Shown piece after piece: positions 1-8,645 of a stretch of 64,000 nucleotides of DNA; within the stretch, counting starts at the first letter, position 1, and each line of letters starts with the position of its first letter. A program made the translations under genes and the position numbers. The stretch lies in NCBI GenBank assembly GCA_045592745.1, contig JAZNVH010000032.1:6914-70913 (forward strand), given 5' to 3'. The notes under the pieces are model-generated. The model was given only the letters and a program-made list of their open reading frames with translations. It did not search any database and was not told the origin of the DNA. Origin of the DNA: Candidatus Aphodoplasma sp. Lineage in GTDB: Bacteria > Bacillota > Clostridia > UBA1381 > UMGS1253.

Positions 1-1320
1 TTGTTTATCAAATTCTTCTATATCAGAAAAGTTTAGTCCAAGACCTGCTGCAAGCTCGTGTCCGCCGTATTTTAATAAAATATCATTGCAGTGAGTGAGG
101 GCATCAAAAAGATTAAAGCCTTTTACACTTCTTCCCGAGCCTTTTCCCATGTTGTCTTTTAGAGAGATGAGTATAGTTGGTTTATAAAATCTGTCAACAA
201 TGCGTGAGGCAACAATGCCTATTACGCCGTGATGCCAGTCTTTTTTTGCAAGTACAAACACGTTTTTCTCCGAGGCATTTTCCATATCAGCAATCATGGT
301 AAGCGCATCTTTTAAAATTTCAGTTTCCGTTTGCTGACGCTGCTTGTTTTCAGAGTCGAGCGTGAGTGCAATTTCGTGTGCACGTTCATAAGAGTCTGTA
401 ATTAAAAGCTCGACCGCAAGACTTGCACTTCCGACTCTGCCTGCGGCGTTAAGACGCGGAGCAATGGCAAAGCTGATTGTTGAAGCGTTTATCGGCTTAT
501 CAGCAAGTGATGCAATTTCAAAAAGTGCTTTTAAGCCGATATTTTTTGTGTTTTGCATACTTTTTATTCCGTTTGATACAAAAACTCTGTTTTCGTCGGT
601 AAGCGATACAATGTCTGCGATAGTGCCTATTGCTACAAGCTCGATGTATTTGTCAAAATACTCGCGTGCGTTATAACCCATCTGGAGTGCAGTTGCTAGT
701 ATAAGCTTGAAAGCAACGCCAACGCCTGCAAGATTCTTGAAAGGATATTCACAGTCAGGCTGTTTTGGGTTTATAAGTGCGTATGCTTTTGGAAACTCCT
801 CTTTACAGGTGTGATGGTCTGTGATGATTACTTCGATTCCAAGTGTGCGTGCAAGTTCTACCTCGCCAACTGCAGTGATTCCGCAATCAACAGTAATAAG
901 AAGTGAGCCGCCGTCATTTTTTATTTTTTGCAGTGCGAGCACATTTATTCCGTAACCTTCATCAGAACGGTTTGGAATATAGTATGATACATCTGCACCC
1001 TGGTCTTTTAAAAACTTGTACAAAATGGCAGTAGAAGTTATACCATCAACATCATAGTCACCATATACGACGATTTTCTCCTTTGCTTCGATAGCACGCT
1101 TTATACGCTTGGCTGCTTTTTTTGCATCCTTTAAATCATACGGATGACGTACAGACGCCATCGGCTTTGTGATAAAGTTTTTTGCATCCTGCTCTGTGAC
1201 AATCCCCCTGTGTATAAGAATAAGTGCAATTATTGGAGGTATAAAGAGAGCCTCGGCAAGCTCGTTTGCAAGCTGTAGCTCATTTGTATTATTTATGTAA
1301 TCCCAGCGTTTGTTCGACAT
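1..1320 (-). CDS. recJ: single-stranded-DNA-specific exonuclease RecJ, N-terminal ~440 aa (3' end runs off the left window edge)
   Basis: My own minus-strand translation from ATG at 1320 gives MSNKRWDYINNTNELQLANELAEAL... DHH-family motifs VVYGDYDVDGITS, ITVDCG and ITDHH are present. The frame stays open to position 1, and it is absent from the ORF track because there is no stop in the window. Confidence 0.85.
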   Translation of the reverse strand, partial: MSNKRWDYINNTNELQLANELAEALFIPPIIALILIHRGIVTEQDAKNFITKPMASVRHPYDLKDAKKAAKRIKRAIEAKEKIVVYGDYDVDGITSTAILYKFLKDQGADVSYYIPNRSDEGYGINVLALQKIKNDGGSLLITVDCGITAVGEVELARTLGIEVIITDHHTCKEEFPKAYALINPKQPDCEYPFKNLAGVGVAFKLILATALQMGYNAREYFDKYIELVAIGTIADIVSLTDENRVFVSNGIKSMQNTKNIGLKALFEIASLADKPINASTISFAIAPRLNAAGRVGSASLAVELLITDSYERAHEIALTLDSENKQRQQTETEILKDALTMIADMENASEKNVFVLAKKDWHHGVIGIVASRIVDRFYKPTILISLKDNMGKGSGRSVKGFNLFDALTHCNDILLKYGGHELAAGLGLNFSDIEEFDKQ

Positions 1321-1499
1321 ATTTTCCCCCTGAATATATATAATATATTAATTATATCAAATTATAACGCATAATTCAAACTTTTTTTACATATTTATAT
1401 GTATTTTTGCGAAATTATAAGGATTATATGAGTGTTTACTTGTAAAAATATGCATTTGAGCATATAAGGCGCGTATAAAAATTAAAAATTCAAATAAGA

Positions 1500-1528
1500 T
1501 TGACTTGAACCCCAAAATATGCTATTAT
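1500..1528 (+). promoter_or_regulatory. sigma-A type promoter upstream of the decarboxylase beta-subunit gene
   Basis: TTGACT (1500-1505), 17-nt spacer, TATTAT (1523-1528), about 45 nt upstream of the start at 1574. Confidence 0.6.
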
Positions 1529-1573
1529 CTATTGGATGACAAAATGTCAAAATAAAAAACGAAGGGAGAATCT

Positions 1574-2725
1574 TTGTTGGAATTTTTATGGGAAGGTATA
1601 TTAGCTGTTACATGGCAGCAGCTTTTGATGTGGATTATCGGAGGCTTGCTGATTTTTTTAGCTATCAAGAAAGAGCTTGAACCTGCACTTTTGTTGCCGA
1701 TGGGCTTTGGTGCTATTTTGGTAAATTTGCCACTTAGTGGTGTGCTCAATCAGCAGATGGTGGGCATAGGAGAAGTTGCGGGAATTATTGAGTGGTTGTT
1801 TCATATAGGTATTGAAGCATCCGAGGCAATGCCACTTTTGCTCTTCGTGGGCATAGGTGCAATGATTGATTTTGGTCCGCTTTTGTCTAATCCGAAGCTG
1901 CTTTTATTCGGAGCGGCAGCTCAGTTTGGTATCTTTATTACAATTATTGTTGCAGTGCTTCTTGGTTTTCCGCTTGCAGATGCGGCATCAATAGGTATTA
2001 TAGGTGCAGCTGACGGTCCTACGTCAATACTTGTTTCACAGGTTTTAAAGAGTCAGTACATAGGCGCTATTGCCGTGGCGGCATATTCATATATGGCACT
2101 TGTGCCGATTATTCAGCCAATGGCCATAAAGCTTGTTACAACTAAAAAAGAGCGTGCAATCAAAATGCCGTATAATCCAAAGAGCGTAACAAAGCTTACA
2201 CGTATTTTGTTCCCGATTGTTGTTACAGTTATTGCGGGTCTTGTTGCCCCGGCATCAGTTGCACTTGTAGGCTTTTTGATGTTTGGTAACCTTATACGTG
2301 AGTGCGGCGTACTTGATTCACTTTCAGATACTGCACAAAAGCAGCTTGCAAACCTTATTACGCTTTTCCTTGGTATTACGATATCGTTTAGCATGAAGGC
2401 AGAAAACTTTGTAAACCTGCAGACAATTATAATTATGGGACTTGGTCTTGTAGCATTTGTGTTTGATACAATTTCGGGCGTTATGTTTGCAAAGCTTTTG
2501 AATCTGTTTTCTAAAAACAAGGTTAATCCTATGGTTGGCGCTGCGGGAATATCGGCATTTCCAATGTCAGCACGCGTTGTTCAAAAGCTCGGACTTGAGG
2601 CTGACAACCAGAACTTTTTGCTCATGCATGCAGTAGGCGCAAACGTGTCCGGACAGATTGCATCTGTTATTGCCGGCGGTGTTATTTTGGGACTTATGCC
2701 TACACTTATGCAGCTTTTGCATTAA
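1574..2725 (+). CDS. sodium ion-translocating decarboxylase beta subunit (OadB/GcdB/MmdB family)
   Basis: 383-aa polytopic membrane protein with family-typical stretches GIGAMIDFGPLLSNPK, IGIIGAADGPTSI, AAYSYMALVPIIQP and MVGAAGISAFPMSARV. TTG start 6 nt after AAGGGAG. Confidence 0.85.
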   Translation: MLEFLWEGILAVTWQQLLMWIIGGLLIFLAIKKELEPALLLPMGFGAILVNLPLSGVLNQQMVGIGEVAGIIEWLFHIGIEASEAMPLLLFVGIGAMIDFGPLLSNPKLLLFGAAAQFGIFITIIVAVLLGFPLADAASIGIIGAADGPTSILVSQVLKSQYIGAIAVAAYSYMALVPIIQPMAIKLVTTKKERAIKMPYNPKSVTKLTRILFPIVVTVIAGLVAPASVALVGFLMFGNLIRECGVLDSLSDTAQKQLANLITLFLGITISFSMKAENFVNLQTIIIMGLGLVAFVFDTISGVMFAKLLNLFSKNKVNPMVGAAGISAFPMSARVVQKLGLEADNQNFLLMHAVGANVSGQIASVIAGGVILGLMPTLMQLLH

Positions 2726-2755
2726 GGCGTATACAAAAAGGGAGGATTGGTTTAA

Positions 2756-2896
2756 ATGTTTGATATGCTGAGTTTAACTTTGGCGCTTGAGCTGGCGCTT
2801 AAAGGTATGATTGCGATATTTGTTGTAATTATAGCGATTTATATATGTGTTACTGTTATGCTAAAGGCAACACAAGGAAAAAAGAACAAAAATTAG
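2756..2896 (+). CDS. OadG-like small single-TM subunit (46 aa), not in the ORF track
   Basis: ATG at 2756 follows GGGAGGA. Translation is MFDMLSLTLALELALKGMIAIFVVIIAIYICVTVMLKATQGKKNKN, stop TAG at 2894. Size, one TM helix and position next to the beta subunit fit the decarboxylase gamma chain. Confidence 0.55.
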   Translation: MFDMLSLTLALELALKGMIAIFVVIIAIYICVTVMLKATQGKKNKN

Positions 2897-2930
2897 ACTG
2901 TAAAAAGCGATTTTTTATACGTTTTTTGGA

Positions 2931-2959
2931 TTGACTTTATATTCTTTATTTAGTATAAT
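2931..2959 (+). promoter_or_regulatory. sigma-A type promoter for the Gfo/Idh/MocA gene
   Basis: TTGACT (2931-2936), 17-nt spacer, TATAAT (2954-2959). Confidence 0.6.
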
Positions 2960-3003
2960 ATCGTAAAAGTTAAAGTCAAAAAAATAAAAGGACTGGTGTA
3001 ATT

Positions 3004-4047
3004 ATGCATAGACTTGGTGTAATAGGTTATGGCGGTATGGGAGGTTGGCATGTAAAAAATGCTCTTGTAAGTGATGTTGTAGAGCTTGCCGGCATATATG
3101 ATATCAAAGAAGAAAGAAGAAATGTCGCACGCGAAAACAATATTTTTGCATATGATTCGCTTGAGGCACTTTTAGGCGATGAATCTATTGACCTTGTTAC
3201 GATTGCTGTGCCAAATGACATACATAAAGAGCTTGTTATAAAGTGTCTTGAGGCAGGCAAAAACGTTATATGTGAAAAGCCTGTTACTCTTTCAAGCGCT
3301 GCTCTTGAGGAAATGATTGCTGCTTCGAAAAGATGCGGCAAGCTGTTTACGGTTCACCAAAATAGACGCTGGGATGTTGACTTTCTTGCAATGAAGCAAA
3401 TTGCACAAAGTGGTGAGATTGGCAAGGTTTTAAACATCGAGTCAAGAATTCATGGCTCACGCGGTATTCCGAGCGACTGGAGAGGTGAAAAAGAATACGG
3501 CGGCGGTATGCTCTTTGACTGGGGTGTACACCTTATTGACCAAATGCTTCAGATATTTAATCAGAAGATTACAAAGCTTTATTGCCGTTTTGAGCATACG
3601 ACAAATTTTGAAGTTGATGACGGCTTTAAATTAGAGCTTACATTTGAAGATGGTGCACAGGCTTATATCGAGGTTGGCACATATAATTTTATTGCGCTTC
3701 CGAGATTTTATATGCAGGCTAAAAACGGTAGTGCGCTTATTACAGACTGGCGTGAAAAATGTCAGGTGGCAAAATGTAAGGCATGGCACGAAAGTGATGT
3801 TTTACCTGTACAGACAGCTGCGGGTCTTACAAAGACAATGGCTCCGCGTGATGAAATTACGCTTGACACATACGAGCTTGATATTCCAAAATCTGACGTA
3901 CACGATTTTTACAGAAATGTGTGTGCGGCAATTGAAGGAAAAGAAGAGCAGATTGTACGCCACGACGAGATTATGCGTGTTATGAAGGTCATGGAGGCTT
4001 CGTTTAAGTCGGTAGAGCTTGGTCAATGCATTGAGTGTGAGATTTAA
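3004..4047 (+). CDS. Gfo/Idh/MocA family NAD(P)-dependent oxidoreductase
   Basis: N-terminal Rossmann motif LGVIGYGGMGGWH, the EKP motif (VICEKPVT), and a 347-aa length typical of the family. Confidence 0.8.
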   Translation: MHRLGVIGYGGMGGWHVKNALVSDVVELAGIYDIKEERRNVARENNIFAYDSLEALLGDESIDLVTIAVPNDIHKELVIKCLEAGKNVICEKPVTLSSAALEEMIAASKRCGKLFTVHQNRRWDVDFLAMKQIAQSGEIGKVLNIESRIHGSRGIPSDWRGEKEYGGGMLFDWGVHLIDQMLQIFNQKITKLYCRFEHTTNFEVDDGFKLELTFEDGAQAYIEVGTYNFIALPRFYMQAKNGSALITDWREKCQVAKCKAWHESDVLPVQTAAGLTKTMAPRDEITLDTYELDIPKSDVHDFYRNVCAAIEGKEEQIVRHDEIMRVMKVMEASFKSVELGQCIECEI

Positions 4048-4060
4048 TGGTATAAATGAT

Positions 4061-4088
4061 AAAAGGGACTGATATCAGTCCCTTTTTT
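4061..4088. terminator. bidirectional rho-independent terminator between convergent genes
   Basis: AAAAGGGACTG-ATAT-CAGTCCCTTTTTT: a 9-bp stem flanked by an A-tract and a T-tract. Confidence 0.7.
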
Positions 4089-4150
4089 GTGTCCAATCTG
4101 CAATGTTTTTCTACAACCCCACGCGGTCTGTACATTTTATCAAAGCCCGT

Positions 4151-5017
4151 TTATGCGTTGGCTGCCGCATATATCATAACGCATGTATTTTCCTTAACTA
4201 CTGTTTCAAGCTGGTCAAAGCCGATAGGGTTTTTGCCAAGACCAATTTCGATTGTAAAGCCGGGTTTGTTAAACTCTTTTATAAACCAATCCTTGTATCC
4301 GCCAAAGGCGGCGCTGCCAACAGGCTGTGCCGGTGTATAGCCGGATATACGCGCAAATTCATCAGCAAGCTCTTTGCCGTTTGGTGGGATTTTTCCTTCA
4401 AAATCATAATAAATTTCACGTCCCTGTGAATGATATGCGATTACAAGGTCGGGCTTAAGTGCACGTGTGAGTGCTACAAGAGCGCGGCTTTCAGGTTCGC
4501 TTTCAGGATAGGGGCCACTGTAGCGTGAGGGCGCGGGCGAGGGAAGTATCGGTGCCCAGCTTGCATCGTAGTTATGATTTAAATCAACACCGTTTATATT
4601 TGCCTGCCACACATTTTTAAAATCTATATCTCCAAACATTTGACGCAGGCGCATCATATACAGGTTATCTTCGGGAATTTTTCCTGCTACAAGGTCAATG
4701 CCGTCAGGATTTAACATAGGAATTATATACATTGTAGTATTTTCGGAAAGCTCCTTTGCATTATAGCCGCATAGCTGTTTGTTGTTTTTTATTGCATCAC
4801 CGTAAATAGCGATGAATTCCATAAGCATTGCGCTTGTAAGCCATTCGAGCGAATGATGCGCCCCAACATAAAGCACTTTTTTTGGGCCTGTTCCGATTTT
4901 TATTCCGTATAGAGGTCTGCCCATCACGCTTTGACCGAACTTAAAAAATTGCATAAAATCGTAGTTATCGTAAAGTTTTACGATGTCATCGAGCACGTTT
5001 GCATATGTATATACCAT
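4151..5017 (-). CDS. M14 family zinc carboxypeptidase / gamma-D-glutamyl-L-diamino acid endopeptidase-like
   Basis: Motifs GAHHSLEWLT (HxxE zinc site), MLNPDG, DLNHNY and AYHSQG. I chose the start at MVYTY (ATG 5017) because AGGAGGA lies just upstream; the longer ORF reaching 5218 overlaps spmB. Confidence 0.8.
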   Translation of the reverse strand: MVYTYANVLDDIVKLYDNYDFMQFFKFGQSVMGRPLYGIKIGTGPKKVLYVGAHHSLEWLTSAMLMEFIAIYGDAIKNNKQLCGYNAKELSENTTMYIIPMLNPDGIDLVAGKIPEDNLYMMRLRQMFGDIDFKNVWQANINGVDLNHNYDASWAPILPSPAPSRYSGPYPESEPESRALVALTRALKPDLVIAYHSQGREIYYDFEGKIPPNGKELADEFARISGYTPAQPVGSAAFGGYKDWFIKEFNKPGFTIEIGLGKNPIGFDQLETVVKENTCVMIYAAANA

Positions 5018-5052
5018 TTTTGTTCCTCCTTTATTTTTATATGTGGTATTTA

Positions 5053-5586
5053 TTATCTTCCAAAAAAAATATTGCACACAATCAGCGATATTAAAATGCT
5101 TGCTACATCTGTTAAAAGTGCCGCCGTTACGCTGTGGCGCACTTTTTTTATGCCTACTGCTCCAAAGTATACAGCGAGTGTGTAGAAGGTTGTTTCCGTA
5201 GAGCCTGCCATAACGCACGCTGTTTTTGCAATTGCGCTGTCTGCACCAAAGTGATTTACAAGCTCAGTTACTATTCCGATAGAGCCACTGCCCGATATGG
5301 GTCTGAGCAGTGCAAGCGGCAAAAGATTTTCGTTAAGACCAATTAGTCTTGTTAATGGGGCGACTAAATATGTAAGTGCATCAAGCGCGCCTGAAGCGCG
5401 AAGCATGGCAATGGCGCTCATAAGACCGATTATGGGTGTAATTATTGAAACAGATGTTTTAAGCCCTTCCTTTGCACCTGTGCAGAAAGCGTCAAACACT
5501 GCGACCTTTTTTATAAGACCAAGAGTTATTATAATAAAGATTATAACAGGAATTGATGATGAGCATATAAATGCGAGAGTTTTCAT
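5053..5586 (-). CDS. spmB: spore maturation protein B (nucleoside-recognition/Gate-domain membrane protein)
   Basis: 177-aa membrane protein that overlaps the spmA stop by 4 nt. It has the typical SpmB sequence flavour (LLRPISGSGSIG, STETTFY). Confidence 0.8.
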   Translation of the reverse strand: MKTLAFICSSSIPVIIFIIITLGLIKKVAVFDAFCTGAKEGLKTSVSIITPIIGLMSAIAMLRASGALDALTYLVAPLTRLIGLNENLLPLALLRPISGSGSIGIVTELVNHFGADSAIAKTACVMAGSTETTFYTLAVYFGAVGIKKVRHSVTAALLTDVASILISLIVCNIFFGR

Positions 5587-6188
5587 TTGACACCTCTTTT
5601 AAGTGGTGGTGTTTTGCTTGTATGAGAAAGTGCACTGCATAAAAGTGTTCCAAATATAAGCGATGCAAATGAGCTTATGAGCGTAGGCAGGATTATATCA
5701 AAAGGATTAGACGCTCCTGCGCCGCTTAAAAGGGCAATCATTGTTGTTGGGATAAGCTGTATCGAAGCTGTATTTATAACTACGAACATACACATGGCGT
5801 CTGATGCATAGACGCAGTGATTGTTTAATATATCAAGCTCTTGCATGGCTTTTATGCCAAATGGTGTTGCAGCATTGCCCATGCCGAGCATATTTGCACT
5901 CATGTTTGATACGATAGCTCCTGCTGCATCTGAATTTGAAGCGATAGTTGGAAAAAGCAGACGCGTAAGCGGTTTTAAAATTTTTGCAAGTATGCGCGTA
6001 AGACCGCCCTGCTCGGCAATTTTTAGCATACCGCTCCAAAAGCACATTGCTCCGCATAAAGAGATTATCATAGATACGGCATCTTTTGACGCGCCGAGAG
6101 CCTCTGTAGCGAGTGTGCCAAGGCGTCCGTTTATCGTGGCAAAGATAATTGAAACAAGTATCATAAAAGACCAGATATAGTTTAGCAT
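5583..6188 (-). CDS. spmA: spore maturation protein A
   Basis: 201-aa membrane protein starting MLNYIWSFMILVSI..., paired with spmB as in the Bacillus dacB-spmA-spmB operon. Confidence 0.8.
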   Translation of the reverse strand: MLNYIWSFMILVSIIFATINGRLGTLATEALGASKDAVSMIISLCGAMCFWSGMLKIAEQGGLTRILAKILKPLTRLLFPTIASNSDAAGAIVSNMSANMLGMGNAATPFGIKAMQELDILNNHCVYASDAMCMFVVINTASIQLIPTTMIALLSGAGASNPFDIILPTLISSFASLIFGTLLCSALSHTSKTPPLKRGVK

Positions 6189-6196
6189 AAATATAG

Positions 6197-7723
6197 CTAC
6201 CTCCTGTTTTTACGCAAAATAGGACGCATATCATTTTTTGTTATGCATTTAAACAAGAATATAAAACTTATATATACCGTGCATAAAATAAGAACTCCAA
6301 GGATAAGAACTACTAAATTATTTTGAAATATTTTTTCGAGCGGTGCTTTTAAAAAATATGCACAAAATACGGCGGGGAAAACAGACAGAAGGGGCTTTAT
6401 AATAATTTTTTTTGTGTCAAGGCTCATATTTGTTGCCAAAATAAGCTGGCGCATATTAAGAGATGAGGTCATAATATTTGATGCAATCATAATGGCAACA
6501 AATGCGTATATTCCAAAGTTTGGCACAAAAATGGTGATAAGCGTTATTCGTATGGCAGAATTATACAGGTTATAACGAAGTGATGCTGCCTGCTTGTTTA
6601 ATGCGTTTAATATACCTGCAATTATACCTTCTGTATACATAAAGGGAATAATTGGCGCAAGAGCTTTTATGTAAAAACCAACCTCGGCATTTTTGTATAC
6701 AAGCAGTGCGATTTCGTTTGAGTACAGACAAAAAACAGCACTTATAATTATGGAAGTAAGCGAGGTTATAAGTAGTGTATAATTTATTGTTGATTTGAGA
6801 GCTTTATATTGATTGTTTGCGTTGTAGCTTGATATTTCGGGCATTAAAAGCGTGCTGAGCGCGCCGATAAAAGATGCAGGAAAAAACAAAAGAGGCAGTG
6901 CCATACCTTTTAATGTGCCGAATTGTGATAAAGAGAGTTCACGGCTTAATGTATAGCGCGCGAGGGCGTCAGGTACCATGACATTTTCTATTGTATGAAG
7001 CGCGGTATTTAAATATGAGCTTAGTGCTACGGGAATAAATATACAGCTAAGTGAGCGCATAACATGCGTCGGCGTAGCTTTGTCTTCCGTAAGAAGTTTT
7101 TTGTCGCGAATGTACCCAATGTAAATATAAATAAATGCTGCTGCTTCTGATAATGCGTTTCCACACACGACTGCGCTGCATGCTGCGTCAAGGTCATTTG
7201 TATTTATATGTCCAAGCAGGATTACTACGACAAAAATTCGTACAAGCTGTTCAAAAAGCTGGGAGTTTGACGGGGGTGACATTTTGCGACGCGCAGTAAA
7301 ATAACCTTTTAAACACGAGGAAAGTGCCATAAACGGAAGACCCGTGGATAAAATTTTTAAAGAGCGCGCCGCACGCATATCATTTAGCCATTCTCTTGCT
7401 ATAAAATCGGCACAAAAAAACATAAGCATGCATGAAAAAATTCCGAGAGCCATACTTATATAAAGGGCACGTGAAAGAATTTTATTTACAGCATTCCTGC
7501 TTGAATTTTTTTCACAAACGAGTCTTGTAACAGCAACGCTTACACCGGAGGAGGCAATGGCGCTTGCAAATGTGTATATCGAAAATATGAGCTGATGAAG
7601 CCCCATTCCTTCGCCGCCAATAGCCTTTGAGATATAAATTCTGAAAAATATTCCTATCATACGCAGTATGACGGCTGTGAATGTAAGTATTGCAGCGTTT
7701 TTTATGAAAAGTCGTTTTTTCAA
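6197..7723 (-). CDS. spoVB: stage V sporulation protein B (MOP/MurJ-type flippase family)
   Basis: 508-aa protein with about 14 TM segments and N-terminus MKKRLFIKNAAILTFTAVILRMIGIFFRIYISKAIGGEGMGL, typical of SpoVB. It sits just upstream of spmAB. Confidence 0.8.
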   Translation of the reverse strand: MKKRLFIKNAAILTFTAVILRMIGIFFRIYISKAIGGEGMGLHQLIFSIYTFASAIASSGVSVAVTRLVCEKNSSRNAVNKILSRALYISMALGIFSCMLMFFCADFIAREWLNDMRAARSLKILSTGLPFMALSSCLKGYFTARRKMSPPSNSQLFEQLVRIFVVVILLGHINTNDLDAACSAVVCGNALSEAAAFIYIYIGYIRDKKLLTEDKATPTHVMRSLSCIFIPVALSSYLNTALHTIENVMVPDALARYTLSRELSLSQFGTLKGMALPLLFFPASFIGALSTLLMPEISSYNANNQYKALKSTINYTLLITSLTSIIISAVFCLYSNEIALLVYKNAEVGFYIKALAPIIPFMYTEGIIAGILNALNKQAASLRYNLYNSAIRITLITIFVPNFGIYAFVAIMIASNIMTSSLNMRQLILATNMSLDTKKIIIKPLLSVFPAVFCAYFLKAPLEKIFQNNLVVLILGVLILCTVYISFIFLFKCITKNDMRPILRKNRR

Positions 7724-7918
7724 AAGTCTTACCCACCCATTTCTGTCTTTGTTTATCGCTTATTTATATATATTTTTTAGTATGAAAAAATATTTCCTTA
7801 AACAGAGAAAAATAACAAAAAAATTTATTAATTTTATCTTTACATATCGATTTTATTGGTATATAATAAAAAATGAATGGTTTTGTGCAAACATAATTGC
7901 ATGAATGGAGGAAAAGAA

Positions 7919-8602
7919 ATGAGCGATAGTTTGAATATACTTGACGTTTTAAAAATGCTTGCTAAATGGTGGTGGATTATCGTTATTGCTGCTATTATAG
8001 GGTCAGGTGCAGCATATACATATTCAGAATATTTTGCAAATGAAATTTATGTTTCAAAGGGAAGCTTTTATATAAGTTCTGCGGCAGTAGATATTGAAAC
8101 CCTTACTTTGTCAACTTTGAATGCAAACAGAGGCTTTAGTGAAACTTATATAGAGCTTGCAAAGAGCGATAATGTGCTTTCTCAGGTAAGAGAAACACTT
8201 GTTGATGAGGGATATAGTATTCCATCTGTGGCTTCACTTCGTTCTACACTGGCCTTTTCTGTAAAAAATGAAACCGAGGTTTTGGAAGTGAGTGCGTCAA
8301 ATCGTGATCCGTATAAAGCACAGGCGATTACAAACGCAGTTTTGGGTGTGGCACCGCAAAAAATAAAAGAAATTGTTAAAGCTGGTGAGGCCGCGGTTGT
8401 TGATACCGGTACGCTTCCTCTTTCACCGAGCTATCCTAATGTCTTGAAAAATACTTTTGTCGGCTTTTTTGTGGGAATTATATTAGGTTGTATGCTTGTG
8501 TTTTTGTTTGAGTTTTTTGATCTAAGAATAAAGCCTGACAATAATCTTGAGCAGATGTATGGAATACCTGTAATAGGTAATATTCCGGAAATCAGAAAAT
8601 AA
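7919..8602 (+). CDS. Wzz/CpsC-type polysaccharide chain-length determinant (BY-kinase transmembrane modulator)
   Basis: TM helix, periplasmic-type loop, then a C-terminal TM helix (FVGFFVGIILGCMLVFLFEFFD). It lies directly upstream of a CpsD-like kinase. Start taken at ATG 7919, after GGAGGAAAAG. Confidence 0.8.
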   Translation: MSDSLNILDVLKMLAKWWWIIVIAAIIGSGAAYTYSEYFANEIYVSKGSFYISSAAVDIETLTLSTLNANRGFSETYIELAKSDNVLSQVRETLVDEGYSIPSVASLRSTLAFSVKNETEVLEVSASNRDPYKAQAITNAVLGVAPQKIKEIVKAGEAAVVDTGTLPLSPSYPNVLKNTFVGFFVGIILGCMLVFLFEFFDLRIKPDNNLEQMYGIPVIGNIPEIRK

Positions 8603-8645
8603 AATGTAAAAATAAGGTATCATTTTTATTAAGGAGCATTTGCAA

